Assembly (NCBI RefSeq): GCF_001194135.2
Contig: NC_068986.1
Span: 18,286,005 to 18,334,202, forward strand
DNA: 48,198 nt
DNA from: Octopus bimaculoides
Lineage: Eukaryota
Direction of reading: 5' to 3'
Under the pieces are notes generated by a model. It saw nothing but the letters and a program-made list of their open reading frames with translations, did not search any database and had not been told where the DNA came from. The position numbers were made by a program, and so were the translations under genes. Positions 1-11,802 of this stretch are shown one piece after another (position 1 is the first letter of the stretch; the number at the start of each line of letters is the position of its first letter).

Positions 1-38
<38 letters not shown>

Positions 39-1879
39 CGCATTTATGTATGTATGTGTGTATGTATGTATAAATAGAAATATTATTATTCTTAAAGCTC
101 TCAACGGGATATATTTACAGGCAACAATTTAAAGTAGGTATTATTTGCGAACCTAATGGGCCACATTATGTTGACAAACAATCTTTACTTTAAAGTGCTG
201 CTGCAGAATATCTGGCGTTGAGAGATTTAGAAACAACAATGTTTCTATTCATTAGATCAGTGACTATGAGACACTAAGCAAATTATATATATATTTTCAA
301 ACAGCGCCATCTCAGCCAAACTATTATTTTGTACTGACGAAGGGAAATAAATTTGAACCGTACGGTCCATAGATACTGCTTTGTGCTGGGTGGGGATGCT
401 AACCTCCCCTGTTTGCAAATATAATGAGACAGACTGTCTGTCGTATAGCCAGCTGGAGACGATATCTCCTGGAGCTAAATGATAGTAGCATTCGCCTCTA
501 AACGGGACTGTCACATTAGGCTGGTAACTAATCGTTACTATATATATATACATATATATANNNNNNNNNNNNNNNNNNNNNNNNNNNNNNNNNNNNNNNN
601 NNNNNNNNNNNNNNNNNNNNNNNNNNNNNNNNNNNNNNNNNNNNNNNNNNNNNNNNNNNNNNNNNNATATATATAGTTAAATGTTATATACTGCGATTTT
701 ATCGAAACAGAAAATACTCTATCCATAATTTTGTAGACTAACACTTCTGTCCAGTTGATACATTCGAGATTTAAGCTATAGTCATGCTCTTGCAGTTACT
801 GAAAAACTCTTAAATTTCCATCACAAATGTTTAATTGTATGTAATGAAATTTTCCTACCTTCTAAGTAAACTTTTCTCAGTTGACCATGTATCTGCATGT
901 CTGTACATTTGGGGCTGTGTTCACAGCATTTGCAGACAATGTGTACCTAACACTCGCATCCGTTAGTGACAGATATTTATGTCGTAACGTCATAATTCTG
1001 CATCAGTTACATAGCTGAACTAACAACGTATGCACGCCCAGGTTATAATGAATTTTCAATACTTTGTTCCTTTTAGATATCTTACTTTTTCTACTTGAAT
1101 ATTTGTATCGTTTTTTATACAAGGAACTAATGTTATAAATTTCATTGTTTTGTATTATTTCCAACTAGTTATGGTCCGTGGTGAAGAATCTGATGCTAAG
1201 GGAGAATGTATATCACATATATTGTTTGTCCGGTAATGTTCGTTTTCCTTTGACCTCGCTTAATGAAATTCTTGTGAGATAAATGGGGTTTTTTTCCCGC
1301 ATATTTTCCTACATTGTGGTTTTTGCAGAACTACTATTTCGTGATGTTTTTGATCTTGTATGATGCTTTAGTTGCTGAGATATTTTACTATAAATGTTAT
1401 TCTGTCATTGTTGTTGTTGTTATTGTTGTGCATTGTTTTTCTTCTACTATTGCTGGTAAAAAGTGGGAAATTGATTTGGCAGATGTAACTAAAATATGTT
1501 GATTGGGAGTGTGAGCCGTGAGCTTTTTATTTTTGTATATAGATGTTCTGCATCTGTGTCTCTTTTGAAGTGCTACGATACGGCTCTGATGTCATTTCCG
1601 TATTATTTTGTGAGCAATTTGCGAAAGGTCGAAAGTTCGTATGGGTACAGGTTAAAATTGATTGGTGACAGTATAATATATTACAGCTGTCCAATGGGAA
1701 AATTAAAGGTTCTTGATGTGTAGTAATAGTATACATCGCAGGCTTCTATGTTTAAGTGGTTTTCCACTTGCCAACATTATGCGTTGTTTATTCTCTTGGA
1801 AGCATTGATTAATTTTTTTTGTATATACAACTGAAATTTAACTGAAGAATACATGTCCATATCAATAGTATAAAAAAGG

Positions 1880-2090
1880 CAGTGATCTGGCAGAATGACA
1901 ACCACGTGGGGTGAAATTCTTCAGGGCATTTCTTCCGGCTACTCACATTCTGAGTTCAAATACAGCCGAGGTCAGTTTTGCTTGTGAAACATTCAGGCTT
2001 GATAAAGTAGAGTGATAATCAAGTACAGAGGTTGGTTGATGCAATAGACTTTTCAGCACACCCAGCTCAGAAAGGTGCTGGTTTTCCGTT
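1880..2090 (+). mobile_element. SINE family A, old diverged copy
   Basis: Head 'ctggcagaat', B-box-like 'ttctgagttcaaatacagccgaggtc' and a decayed 'gataaagtagag...caagtac' core, all matching younger family-A copies in this window. Confidence 0.6.
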
Positions 2091-2294
2091 ACGTGTGTAT
2101 ATATCTAAGAGTCAAGAATGCGGCGTTTGATTTTCACGAATATTCTATTCAGTTCAGAATTTCGATAGGAAAGAAACGATCTGGCTGAGGGTTCAAATGA
2201 AAAATGCAAAGCGTTTTCTGTGTACCTCCTATATTTGTCACGTCTGATAGTCAGACATATCTAATCATGCCGTATGCAATATTTTGCAGTGTGT

Positions 2295-2509
2295 AAGGCG
2301 TCGAACTGGCAGAATATCTAGCACGCTGGGCAAAATGCTTAGCAGTATTTCATCTGTCTTTACGTTTTGAGTTCACATTCCACCGAGGTCGATTTTGCCA
2401 TTCGTCCTTTCGGGGTCGATTAATTAAGTACCAGTTGCGTACTAGGGTCGATCTAATCCACTGCAACCTCCCCAAAAAATTCGGGCCTTGTGCCTAGAGT
2501 AGAAAAGAA
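2295..2509 (+). mobile_element. SINE family A (tRNA-derived), full length
   Basis: aaggcg..ctggcagaa head, 'gagttcacattccaccgaggtcga' B-box region, 'taattaagtaccagttgcgtac' core, tail 'gggccttgtgcctagagtagaaaagaa'; many near-identical copies in window. Confidence 0.9.
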
Positions 2510-2710
2510 ACGTTAGCACGCCGGTGAATGCTTTGTGGTATTTCGTCTGTCTTTACGTTCTGTGTTCAAATTCCCCCGAGGTCAACCTTGCTTTCATCAT
2601 TTCAGGGCCGATAAATTAAGTGCCAGTTGCACACTGGGGTCGATCTCATCGACTAGCCCAACGCCCACCCACCCAAAAAAAATTTCGGGTCTCGTGTAGA
2701 AAAGAATATT
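2510..2710 (+). mobile_element. SINE family A, second tandem copy, slightly 5'-truncated
   Basis: Begins at 'cgttagcacgccgg' directly after the previous copy's tail; same core; ends 'gtagaaaagaatatt'. Confidence 0.88.
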
Positions 2711-3520
2711 TTCAGAATCTATTGTCTTTTATGATAAGATGTAGCTGCCATTGTTAAAATTGTTGATGTTGCTATCAATTGTCCTGTAGTTCAAATTCAA
2801 AGCAAATAATATTATTCGTTGTCTTCGTAATTGTGATTTCATTTCTCAGTGATTTCTTGCTGCAATATGCTAATTTTGGGACTCATATTTATTATCTGTC
2901 CTCAGAATGCTTCCTTTGTGTTTTTTTCTAATGTTGATTTTTTTCGGAGTGTAAGTGGGATTGGTTTTGTCTCTGTTGTGCTTAAAGTTAATTGCGTGAG
3001 GGCATTATTTATAATGATTTCCTAGAGTCCATAGTGCTCTTGTCGTGTTTGAATTAAGTAAACATCACTTTTGATTTCGGAAGTAATATTTTAAATGTAA
3101 TTTAAATTTTAATTTAGTGTACATGATTTTATTTTGTTAATATAGGCTTGGATATTCATAATGAATTTGTTACATGGTTGTGGGTAATAATGTTGGACAT
3201 CTTGTTCCAGTTGCAATACCTGACCTCTTGCAAAGCCCGGAATACGATTCAGCTCAAGTCAGCTATGCGTAGTATTTTTATTATTTGATCTACCTTTGTT
3301 TTAAGCGTTACTTTGGTAATTTCGGTGACATTAAACTCCTATTTCTAGCATATCCGTGTGTCTTCCCTTGTCAACTTCTTCATTTTGGGTTTTTTTTTTG
3401 TATAATTTTTGGAGTAGAGGGTTTTGTAACAGAATCTATTTTACATGGACATCATACTGAATTAACCATTGTGATGTACGAGAATTAATTTGAATCTAAT
3501 GTGAAGTTTATGCCTGTTTT

Positions 3521-3732
3521 TCATTTCTACTCTAGGCACAAGGCCCAAAATTTTGGGGAGGGGACCAGTCGATTAGATCGACCCCAGTATGCAACTGGCA
3601 CTTAATTTATCGCCCCCGAAAGGATGAAAGGCAAAGTCGACTTTGGTGGAATTTGTGCTCAGAACAAAAAGACTGACAAAATACGGCTAAGCATTCGCTC
3701 GATATGCCACCTGTTCTGCCAGCTCGCCGCTT
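3521..3732 (-). mobile_element. SINE family A, full length
   Basis: Reverse complement of the 2295-2509 copy: 'ttctactctaggcacaaggccc...ctgccagctcgccgctt'. Confidence 0.9.
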
Positions 3733-3911
3733 TACATCAGATTATTTCTGTTCGCTGCTTTTTTGTTCATTTTGTCTTTTATATTATTTATTTAATGCAT
3801 ACCTTCGATATTTTCTTTCTTTCTTTATTTTTTTACTTATTTATTTATTTATAAGTGCGAGAGGAGAATTGTAAAGGTAAGCAAATCAAACGTTATATTT
3901 AAAAAATACTA

Positions 3912-4161
3912 TTGGGCTGCTGCATAATTATTGCGGCTCTTTTTCAACAAATTGTGTTTAACAAAAACAATAACAATACGTAACAAAATCATCTTTAAAT
4001 GATTATTCTGGAGCATATTCACCATCCACTTCAGTCACTGCTTCCCATTTGCTTGGCAGATGGTCAGATCGTCATTTAAAGTTGTTTTTATTAAATATTG
4101 CTATAGTGTTTGTTGAATAAAATTTGTTAAAATAAGCCGCAATAATTATGCACCAACCCAA
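3912..4161 (-). mobile_element. Mariner-derived MITE / internally deleted mariner
   Basis: ~30-bp TIRs (ttgggctgctgcataattattgcggct vs reverse complement of agccgcaataattatgcaccaacccaa), TA on both sides; minus strand keeps DHLPSKWEAVTEVDGEYAPE*, resembling a mariner transposase C-terminus. Confidence 0.85.
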
Positions 4162-4199
4162 TACTTTGTAATCTTGTCTCATATCGTGTGTATTGAAGT

Positions 4200-4600
4200 T
4201 ATACAGGGTGATAGTAAAATCTGGAAACAGGCGAAGAATGTATATTTTCAATATTTTTATTTTACTTACAGTAAATACATTTTAAATATGGTTTGCACTG
4301 ATGATGCGAAGTGTGAAGCGTTTGCATGTGAAAACTGATGCAGCAACTCGAGGTTTTCCTCAATTTCCTCACATTCATTCTCAGTACGTTCCTTTAAGTG
4401 ATTCATATATTTTCTGTCCTTGAGTGTACTTCCTGTTGCATACACCTGGAATAGAAGTGAAGAGAACTAATACCTGGTGAGTAAGGAACTAATTGAAAGT
4501 TCATTCCAGATTATATGGTCAACCTGCATATCCTGTTGTATAGCTTAGTAAGTTTGGATGCACTAAGATTTTATGTCAGCTTCAACATATAGAGGATTTC
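4200..4600 (-). mobile_element. Tc1/mariner (maT-like) 3' fragment
   Basis: Terminus TA-cagggtg at ~4202; minus strand gives decayed LKERTENECEEIEE...HFASSVQTIFKMYLL*, similar to DD37D-type C-termini; inner boundary uncertain. Confidence 0.45.
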
Positions 4601-6061
4601 ATTTCTATTACACTAATGAAGGTGTAGGGACCAACACTTTATTTACTGAAAATTAAACGTCAGTGCATCGAGCTTCAATTCAACTTATATAGTCATTTCA
4701 ATTCAGTAAATATTTCTCCTTCCATTGTTTCTTTTCAGAAAATTTTAAACTAGATTGCAACTGTTTATCTACGTGTATGAGATAGTTGGCAAATAATCTG
4801 TCGTCTGTAGGCTCTAACAATCGTTAAAGGTGGGTATTTTGCTTCAGTTTCGATGGATTAAGCGGAAATGGAAGGATTCTCCCCCGCTCACAGAAAACCA
4901 GTTTGTATAAGGCAACGGAAACTGATTATGGGATATGCATATTCATAATCAAAAGATGTAACATGAGATATATTGCCTAAAGATGTGTATTCAGGTACAA
5001 ACCGGAATACTTGAAGCATATCGTATGAAGCCATATTTCAACAGACACTGTATTGTGTTATCTTGCTTCTAATGCTATTCTATGTAAATAGATGATGTTC
5101 TCGAATGGTTTCTGAGAACGCGCTCTCATATACATTCATCTATCATTTGATTTCTGTAACAGAAATAGTGTAACAACTAGCCCCATGGAAATGCGTCTCA
5201 GCAGCTAACATTATTACTTCATTATTTATGGCTTACTATTTCAACAAGATATTCAATCATTCATTTTCTTCCTAACAATAATCGCAGATAGATCAAGACT
5301 ACAATGTTGGATACATACACACCACCATTAACGAACCCATTACAAATTTGTACCAGAACACGTTACTGATTTTTTTTTCTTTTTTTTTTTTTGTTACAAA
5401 GAATTGTCGAATCAGAGATTGTTCAAGAAATGATTTCTATTATAGATGTAGTGTTTTTAAAACTTTCCATTCTCAGATATCGAACTCGTTGAGAGATCTA
5501 ATTAATTCTTTAGAATTTCAACAGCCATCTTTAATACATAGTGAAAATGGATTGTATTTAAGTAGGTAATGCTCTGTGAATCGTTATTGAAGTGAGAGTG
5601 CCAAATGTAACAATTCAAAGTATAATCTTCTAAGATTAAAACGGTATCAGACATTATAATCGAGTGCAGATGTCCAATACGTGCTGTGCATGTATGTACG
5701 TTTTAATTGGTTCTCTGCGTGTGCTACTCTGCAAACGGTCGTCGTTGTACGAAAGTGTTTCTGTGTTTCTCTCTGTGTATGTGTGATTATTATTTTCTTC
5801 AATTTTATGTTTGCGCGCGCCTCTGTGTGCGTGTGCGTGTGTGTGCGTGTGTGTGTTTTGTTCCTACTTATCTCTTTTGCCTGTTGGTAAGATTCATTCT
5901 CTTTATCTGTACCAGAGGAGGACAATGATGACAGGAACAGAGATAGAACAACAATAGAAACTGTGATAGAATAGACCAAGTAAGACCAATGAATGCTAAG
6001 AGATAGCAATATACGCACACACATATATACATACCAGCGCCCATACACCCATACACACACA

Positions 6062-6065
6062 CGCA

Positions 6066-6112
<47 letters not shown>
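6062..6112. repeat. (TA)n microsatellite
   Basis: Direct reading. Confidence 0.95.
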
Positions 6113-6114
<2 letters not shown>

Positions 6115-6396
6115 TATAAATGTGTGTCGTGCATAAAGAAAGAATGGTATTACGCAAATCCAAAGAGAGCAGAATGCAAACCAGGATGCAGGTATATATT
6201 AGAAATGGATGTTGAATAATATGAAGATAGAAATTCAGGATTGAAAGAGCATTAAGCAAAATCATTAGTTGTTTTATTTGTTGCAGATTGACCTAACTTT
6301 ATATCGTACTGCGATTTATATTCTATTTTGCCTTGTATGGAGTTCAAAATTGAATAGCACTATATTGAATAAATTCCTCTCTACTTGTATGAAACT

Positions 6397-6807
6397 ATAT
6401 GTGGCTATGTGGTATGTAGCTTGCTAGCCAACCACATGGTTCCGGGTTCAGTCCTACTGTGTGACACCTTGGGCAAGTGTTTTCTACTATAGCCTCGGGC
6501 CGACCAAAATCTACAGTGGAGTTGGTAGACAGAAACTGAAAGAATCCCGTCGTATATATGTATATGTATATATATATTTATAAGTGTGTGTGTGTTTGTG
6601 TGTCTGTGTTTGCCCCCCCAACATCGCTTGACAACCGATGCTGGTGTGTTTTCATCCGTAACTTAGCGGTTCGGCAAAAGATGCCGATAGAATAAGTACT
6701 AGGCTTACAAAGAATAAGTCCTGAGGTCGATTTGCTTGACTAAAACGCGGTGCTCCAGCATGGCCGCAGTGAAATGACTGAAACAATTTAAAGCGTAAAA
6801 GAGTAAA
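6397..6807 (+). mobile_element. SINE family B (tRNA-derived, internal TA/TG microsatellite), full length
   Basis: Head 'gtggctatgtggta...ggttccgggttcagtcc' (A/B-box-like), 'ccttgggcaagtgt' motif, internal (TA)/(TG) tract ~6552-6610, tail 'gcggtgctccagcatggccgcagtgaaatgactgaaac...aaaagag'. Confidence 0.88.
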
Positions 6808-6859
6808 CGATTTAAAACGAGTCTAGGTGAAATTTATGTTGCTGAAAAAGCAATGAAGT

Positions 6860-7078
6860 TTTGCTTTCAAATTTTGACACAATATCAGCATGTTTGAGTG
6901 AGGGGATAAATCGATTACATCGAGGTCAGAGTTCAAGTCATATGTATTTTATCGTTCCAGAAAGGATGAAAGGAAAAGTCAGCCCCAGCTTAACTGGAAC
7001 TCAAAACGCAAAGTTGGACGAAATGGCGTGAAGCTTCCCTCCTGGAGTGCTAACCGTTGTGCCAGCGCGCTGCCTTAG
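6860..7078 (-). mobile_element. SINE family A, old diverged copy
   Basis: 'aaaggatgaaaggaaaagtc...gaactcaaaacgcaaag...gtgctaaccgttgtgccagcgcgctgcctta' is the reverse-complement family-A pattern. Confidence 0.75.
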
Positions 7079-7589
7079 TGATATTAAAAAAAAAAATGAA
7101 ACGGCAATAGGTCTGAGAAACAATAGATCCTATAGAAATTAACAACCCTCTCTCGACAAACACATACTAAACCTATCTGCCTTGTTTAAGTTTCCTATAT
7201 AATTTCATCCCGCTTCAAAAGAAATTGATTCATTCCACCCCTACTTCTTTCCTTTCTTTCACTGTTCTTCCTTTTTTTCCGTCTCTCACTCTCTATCTGT
7301 TATTTCTGACACAACATTTACAGCTTTTAAACTCCAACTTCTTGCAACTCCAAATGTTAAAGGTTTGTATGTTTTTAAACTCTCCATCCTCTTTCTTTAC
7401 AACCCTGGAATAAAATGGATATGAAGGATCATTTAGTAAGTAACTTTGATTTTCCTTGTCTGTCATTGTCATGTTTAGTTTATTATTTTCTAACTTCTTA
7501 TCATTTAGAGTAGGAACATCTATAGCACTTTTTCTACCAAACGATCGTACTATGTACCTTTAGCTTCCACGGACTAATGTTATTTGCAA

Positions 7590-8520
7590 AAATAATATTA
7601 TCTTGAGAGGGTTTATGACAGCAAGTCTCCTCAAATATCAAGGATCTTCCTTGGGATTTTTACGGAATATAGGATAATACTTCCTGCAAATCGACAATGT
7701 AGATGTCAGTTCGAATATCTTTCAGGCTTTGTGGAAGTATTGTGTGTGCTGTGCCAATTGCACCAATTAATCTTCCTCAGTCTTTTCAGCTCCCGGGTTA
7801 GCTTCTGCTATTTCTCTTTTATTCCATTCCTTTTTGCTTTGTAATCGACTCTGTTATCATAGGGAATTGTAAAGTCTATGATCACACTGTTCATTTTGTC
7901 CTTTATAATTCCATCTGGCCTTCTTGTTTTCTTTGTATTTCATTCTTGTCCCCTTTCTCTTTGAATTACCTTCTTAGCTATTTTCTCCTTTTCAAGCTTT
8001 GAAAATCTCTTCTTTATTCAACGCGTTAAATAAGTTTGCCCTGCATATAAATGAATAAGTAGTTTCCTTCCATCTGCGTCTTTCCTCTACACCATATAAG
8101 CCTCTTCAACCATGGAACTTTTTTGAGTTCATGAACACACGCTCAATCCATACGCAACAGCTTTCTAGTTTATCTATTGCATTTCTGCATTTCCCTTTTT
8201 GTCCAGTCAACAATTGCAGTTCAATATCTAATAACCACCACTGGTGTGGAATTAATTGCTTCAATAATATTCTTTGAATTCAACATTGACAGTAATAATT
8301 TCCTCACACCCTTTACCTGCTTGTAATTTGCTTCATCAGACTCCATTATTCACAAACGTTTATACCACTGTTATTCCTGAAATGATTACATTATTTGCCC
8401 ATTTGGCATTTCAGTTACCTGGTTTTCTTCAAATCACTCTCGTTCTATTATCAAAATAGCGAACTTTTCAAGTCTGCGTTCCAGTTTTACGTCATTAGAG
8501 AAAATACGAACATTATCTAC
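7590..8520 (-). mobile_element. R4/Dong-clade non-LTR retrotransposon remnant (5'-truncated, internally deleted)
   Basis: Minus-strand translation with stops and frameshifts: VRIFSNDVKLERRLEKFAIL (RT end), LNSKNIIEAINS..VIRY..IVDWT..TRKLL (R4-typical post-RT block), RRPDGIIKDK..IIDFTIPYD (PD..D restriction-like endonuclease), ending IPRKILDI*. Confidence 0.8.
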
Positions 8521-8534
8521 AATGCTGTCCTAAC

Positions 8535-8594
8535 AATATTATTGTTGATGTTGTTGTTATCATTATCATCGTCGTCATCATCATCATCACCACC

Positions 8595-8644
<50 letters not shown>

Positions 8645-8681
8645 TATTACTATCACTGTTGCTGGTGTTTTAGTTGTAGTT

Positions 8682-8728
<47 letters not shown>

Positions 8729-8740
8729 TTTATCATCATC
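8535..8740. repeat. Compound trinucleotide microsatellite (GTT/ATC/ACC/ACT)
   Basis: Direct reading; abuts the 5' junction of the R4/Dong remnant. Confidence 0.95.
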
Positions 8741-10927
8741 GACAAAATGTGTAGGATTCGCAATACGCTTTTACGCTTAACTTAACAGATAATTTAAAAT
8801 AAGTATTTGATAAAATTCCAAACCGCATTTTAAATATTAAAGTGTGTTACGTTTGCGAAGCCAGAAATATGTCAGGGCAAAGTTATCATCCAATTCGAAG
8901 ATGTCAGGCATCGTTATAGCTATCACGTGCACACACAAACACTCACACACACTTAAACACACGCACAAACACACACACACAGCAGGATAAACATAGAGAT
9001 GCGTATACATGTGTAGAAACCGACATAAATAAACACACAGCTGTATATATATATATGTGTGAATATATATATATATGTTGGGGTGAGAGTATGAGACAGT
9101 TTATAGGCATATGTGTGTGTGCGTGTGTGTGTGTCTCTGTGTGAGTAAACGTGTATTCAAATAATGCACTGATGGTGGAAAAAAGAGATTTATGCAGGTT
9201 TTGATAACAGGAACATAATTTCAACAAATTGAGAGTAAGAACTGTTAAAATGTACTCCTTTCTCTCGTAATTATCATCACTTCAAACCTTATCTTTTCTT
9301 CTCAAAGTCAAATGTAATATGTGTATATGGAATTAATGTGAGAGCGTATGTGTGTATATGCGTGTAGAAGTTTAAAGAAGTTCTTTCTTTTATTTTTTTT
9401 TTTTAATAATACTAATGGATTTGCAAATGGTTATGTATGTAATATACGGGGTAAAAATGAATATATATTTACGAGCAGAACATATTTCGATAGTACTTCA
9501 GAAATGCCGACGTTTGTTTGAAGATTATTGATTTTTCACGTATTGGTAAAATGCATGAAATCACGACGAGTTAGAACACGTCATTCTTGATTCGACATAA
9601 CTATGTCTTATCTTTCTTATATTGAGACACGTGTTCATACGCAATATGTGTGCTTCAGGCTTGCATTGAAATGATAGTAAGCAGATATATATTATGTGCA
9701 TATATATATTTATGTATATATATATATANNNNNNNNNNNNNNNNNNNNNNNNNNNNNNNNNNNNNNNNNNNNNNNNNNNNNNNNNNNNNNNNNNNNNNNN
9801 NNNNNNNNNNNNNNNNNNNNNNNNNNNNNNNNNNNNNNNNNNNNNNNNNNNNNNNNNNNNNNNNNNNNNNNNNNNNNNNNNNNNNNNNNNNNNNNNNNNN
9901 NNNNNNNNNNNNNNNNNNNNNNNNNNNNNNNNNNNNNNNNNNNNNNNNNNNNNNNNNNNNNNNNNNNNNNNNNNNNNNNNNNNNNNNNNNNNNNNNNNNN
10001 NNNNNNNNNNNNNNNNNNNNNNNNNNNNNNNNNNNNNNNNNNNNNNNNNNNNNNNNNNNNNNNNNNNNNNNNNNNNNNNNNNNNNNNNNNNNNNNNNNNN
10101 NNNNNNNNNNNNNNNNNNNNNNNNNNNNNNNNNNNNNNNNNNNNNNNNTATATATATTGTTATATGCATATATACATGCATATATATACATATTTAAATA
10201 CATACATATACATATATATATATATATATTTATTTATTTATTTACATACGTATACATATATATTTATAGACATATATGTCTAAGAATGCAAAGACACACA
10301 CACGCATGTATGCACGCACGCATACACATATGAATGTGTTAGTGGGTTTATTTTCTCGTTTACGTGTTGTAAATTTACAAGTTACATACAAACATCAAAG
10401 AATCAACGGCGTTCCAAATGTTTTCCAATGTTAATCAAATAGTTCTCAAGAACCAAATATGCTGTCCAACATCTATTAAACCTGAAAAATAATCTAGTGA
10501 ATATGAAACAAAAGTAGATCAACAAATTTTCCATACTAATAACATTGTGTCATGCCTAAGTGATAATGACATGCTTAAGTGATAACGGACTCCTTCTGAA
10601 TATAAGCTCGTGCAAAACAATAAATTATATCAACCTGCCACATAAACTGTATTACCTACTTACATTCTTTCGTGAACCCTAAAAAACCAACGCCCTAAAA
10701 ACTGGTAACCTAGTAACGTAACCTAAATTTGGATGACTGGACTGAACACCAAGATTTTATCCTTCATATTCTCACAACAAAAGGCAAATTTCCTATTAAA
10801 ATAAACATTAAAGCAACAACAACCAAACCAAGTGAGAAAGCTGCTGAAAAGAAATCCTAACTACATTATTTTGTGAACTCTAATCACCTGACGCTGACAC
10901 AGTGAATCATTCATGCTGGATATGATT

Positions 10928-11240
10928 AAACGGCAACTCGGTCATTCAGTGATATTGCAATATTTCCAAATTCCACCGAGGCCGACTTTGCCTTTCATCC
11001 TTTTCGAGTCGATAAATTAAGTACCAGTTGCGTACTGGGATCGAACTAATCGACTGACCCTCTCCCCCAAACTTTCGGGCCTTGTGCCTAGAGTAGAAAA
11101 GAATATTTACAATATTCAGGGGAAGATTTCTTGAACAGACATTTCCTGGACTTCTGAAATGTGTATTTTTAAACCTTATGTAGATATTTGATGCTCATGA
11201 GAATGGCTATTTATTCCACCATGCACAATTATCACGTATG
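10928..11240 (+). repeat. ~170-bp local repeat, copy 1 (interrupted by a SINE-A)
   Basis: Aligns by eye with 11803-11975: 'aacggcaac...tcattcagtgatattgcaatatttccaa' and 'aggggaagattt...ctgaaatgtgta...gatgctcatgagaatggct...ccatgcaca'. Confidence 0.85.
10970..11101 (+). mobile_element. SINE family A, 5'-truncated, with 11-bp target-site duplication
   Basis: Family-A core and tail; flanked by aatatttccaa (10959-10969) and aatatttacaa (11102-11112). Confidence 0.9.
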
Positions 11241-11802
11241 AAAAAGTTCTAACGAATAATGCATCCTAGGATTTATGAATAAAACTTCACCATACCATTT
11301 TGTCATATTAACCTGGCATGTAAGGACTATGTATATTGTCATTAGCTACAGGTGGTATCTAATACTAATATCTTGTTACATCTACGTTAACTGGTATTTT
11401 AATTCGGTTTAATTTAGTTTTATTTCACCATGCGCCAGGGGAATACTGCAGCTATTTTGGGCCTGTACTTACTTGCAAGCATTTTGATAATCATATCAAA
11501 ACTAGCTAAATTATAACTAATATAGATTAAATTGCAAATTTAAGATTAGAAAAAAAATTATGACAATTACTCGATTAAAACTATAAACTTCTCTTTGCGT
11601 CTCTACTTCCAAATTGTGCATTGTGTCTACAAGTTTCAAAAATGGGCCGGGAAAATATATAACGGACAACAAATTCATATTGATTGGCTATTATGACATT
11701 CTGCATTGCGTACCATGGAAAATTAAAGTATGTTCTGCAGTTCATATTCACTTGGTTAAGCTTTTTTATTCGATGGTCGATAGTATTAGAGCGATAGTAA
11801 GT

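Noticed and set aside
257-553. 98-aa minus-strand ORF (…FRGECYYHLAPGDIVSSWLYDR…)
   Set aside because: Starts inside a (TA)n tract; no recognisable domain or convincing splice structure
1050-3500. T-rich + strand (A-rich minus strand) unique-looking sequence between SINEs, suggestive of a very old LINE; also a 62-nt AG...GT segment at ~1169-1230
   Set aside because: No diagnostic RT or endonuclease motif recovered in any frame, and the splice-like signals are plausible by chance; left unassigned
5647-6066. 139-aa ORF with a hydrophobic, signal- or TM-like stretch
   Set aside because: Start and middle are built from (TG)/(CA) repeats; hydrophobicity follows from T-rich composition
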